The notes below the pieces were generated by a model. That model was not told the origin of the DNA. It ran no database searches and saw only the letters and a list, made by a program, of their open reading frames with translations. A stretch of DNA of 64,000 nucleotides from Podarcis melisellensis. Its lineage: Eukaryota. Position numbers and translations under genes: made by a program. Where the stretch lies: NCBI GenBank assembly GCA_964234715.1, contig OZ174276.1. One strand, given 5' to 3'. Position 1 is the first letter of the stretch. Every line of letters begins with the position of its first letter. This document shows, piece by piece, positions 61,540 to 64,000 of the stretch.

Positions 61540-64000
61540 ATTTAAACCAATCTAATGATACTGTGTGTTTGACCAACCCTTAAGAGAAGACATTTCTGAG
61601 AATTCAATCATTTTCAGAGGGCAATTCATGCTCATTAGCCACAATCCTTGCAAAACTGCTCATTATGAACTCAAGCGGGTGACACACTCTGACTTTCCCA
61701 CATATCACAAATGGCTTTTTAATCAAGAAGGCTGTTGGAAGCATGGGATTCTGCAGTTCCTCCATATTAATTCTGCCTACACAGAGCTCTTCTCAAAGCA
61801 CAACTGTTCACAATCCCAAGGATTATTAACCTTCAGCTAATGAAGGATTTACTCCAAAACCAATTTGAAACAGTGGGCATAAATCCTGAGGTTGCTACAC
61901 ATAGCTGATTGTCTTCACTGTGGAAAACCTCCCACTTGCCATCTTTCAAAGGAGGCCAGTTTATATAACCCTTAGGAACATTGCCAGCTTATTTTCAATT
62001 CAGAGCGGCAGCCCAGACTGAAGCATGGCCAGGGCAAAGCAGATCCCCGAGTGATCTGTCATAAGCACAAACTGAAACCCACCCTTCAGCCCACCTAAAT
62101 GGCCTACATAAACAAGGGCTGAGGTAGCAAAACTGGTCTTGGACCTTACCACTTCAGATTGCAGAAATGTTGGAGCATTCTGTTATGGGGGGCAGCCCTT
62201 CCCAATGAAAATGCCAGCATGTGAGAGGGTCAAGGTCAGGAGAGACAACTGGTATCTGTTTTTTTTTTAATGTATATCATATGTAGTGTTTGGTTTAGAG
62301 GAACACTGAAGTATGTGATATCCCCACCTGCGTTCTGCAGTGCCTCTGTCCAGGAAAGAGCAGAAAGACAACATCCTTCTGTTGTGACCAGAGAAATGGG
62401 AGCTTAAACAGAGCTTGGGCCAAAGGGTAGTTATCATCCCTGAAAACATGGTGTCTTTCTCCAGTAGTCTGTCCTCCACAGGGATAGGCAAATCTGTTAA
62501 TTTCGGTTTCACTCAGCTTCTCATTTTTCCAGTGTTAATGTTTATGGGTTGCTTTGAATAGATCTACAGTATAATAAAACAATTATATGCAGTTTTGCCT
62601 AATGTATACATTGTGCCTAATGCATTTTTTATGAGTTATGTTTTCACACATGCTACTATAAGTGGTGGGGTTACTGTAGCACCACTCCTTGTTTCTGTGT
62701 TATTGAACACATGAGTTAATAACACAAAAAAATGGGGCATTCATGCTTCTTTAGAAATTACTGGCTCTACTAAACAGATACGGTAAAAAGAGAGTTTTTG
62801 TTCTAATCTCTCACACCATCATGGGTTTAGGGAGAAGTATGTGAGGAAGGTTGAGCCAGTCTCATAATATTTTTTCACTTTGGGAGTTACCCATATGTTG
62901 GCTCATGTTGCCAACAGGTTGCTCAGATCTGATTTTTCAGTGTGTGCAACCCATGAGCATCCACACATTCTGTATTTAGTCTTAGTTTCTTCGTTGGTAT
63001 TCTGTGGTTTCCCATCCACACCAGTGGACAGTCCTTGACACAATATTACCATGCAGTGGGCAGGATTCAGCTAAGTTGTTGAATACATGAAATATTCCCT
63101 TGTGTAATGGAATGCTTTCCCCCTTTGTCATGCACCCCCACCCCCTAAATTGGCTCTGAAGGGTTGGGGGACACACCAAGAATTGGTTTGGGGGCACGCA
63201 GGGTGTGCTGGGAGAGGAGAAGGGGAGAAGTCCTGTTGTGCAAATGGCTCTCATCCCTGACTTACACTGCATACCCCATTTAGCTAAACGTTGAATTTCA
63301 CCCAGTTTTCTGGCCCCTTCTATTCCCCCCTGCTCCCCCACTACTTTTTCATGTTCTAGAGATGTACACAGGTATTTCTTGACCTATACACATCTTTTAA
63401 ACAAATTCAGAAATGGACAGGAACAATTATTGCCAGCCCTTCATTATCATGGTTCAAAATGGGTAAAAAAGAAGGGTTGTGCTTTTGGGGGGTGGGGAGG
63501 GAAACAGCAATTGTCTCCAAGGGTGTTTGTATTGTGCAAAACCTCTGTATTAATTTTTTTTTAAAAAAAATCTCTGACATATGCTGAGCTATTGAGAGAA
63601 GAACTCATCCAAACTGGAATTTCTGATGTGCCCTTAGCATGCGGCAATCAGGGGAAATAGACACACTCATATCTTTAGGACCGTTCCTGGAAAGAGAACA
63701 GCCAGGTTGTGCTCAGGTGACAGAAGAGAGAGTACATGACAAACTGATAACCATGCTCAGGATGAAATCTCCATCCCCCAAAATTGCTAATAAGCATGCA
63801 CACATTGCAAAGTAGAGGCATTTTGATGACAATGATATCGTGTAGACAGTGTGAAAAACTTGCAATGCCAGAATAAACCTCTGTCTGGAAGTACCCTTTA
63901 CATATTGATTCATTTTGTAAGGATCTTTTAAAAAAAAAAAAGCTGAAAGAAGGCAAGGTATGAAAAAGCTATGGGTTGCAAGGTTAAAGTCACATTTAAA

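Noticed and set aside
1-64000. CRISPR array, operon or phage system
   Set aside because: Sequence is eukaryotic; no regularly spaced repeat-spacer array and no long intronless ORFs.

Overview
Vertebrate nuclear DNA, most likely from a lacertid lizard (Podarcis/Lacerta-type Sauria SINE plus a squamate BovB LINE). The only confidently identifiable gene is a complete 4-exon DUSP1 (MKP-1) on the minus strand: CDS 56712-54466, 369 aa. It has a TATA/E-box/CRE CpG-island promoter and a 3'UTR with AU-rich, Pumilio and miRNA motifs. A second CpG island (~24.7-25.75 kb) looks like the promoter and first exon of an unidentified minus-strand gene, with a strong-Kozak MGNTES start. The rest is intronic or intergenic, with many short non-autonomous DNA transposons (hAT and Tc1/mariner MITEs), LINE fragments (BovB, RTE, L2, CR1 tails), SINEs and one 151-N gap. 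Notable observations: two perfect heat-shock elements ~3.5 kb upstream of DUSP1; a fold-back chimeric MITE; MITE-dispersed ZNF143/THAP11 motifs; a degenerate tandem repeat carrying NF-kB sites; five co-oriented CTCF motifs. No CRISPR or prokaryotic system is present. Motif and repeat-family calls were made by eye and need computational confirmation.
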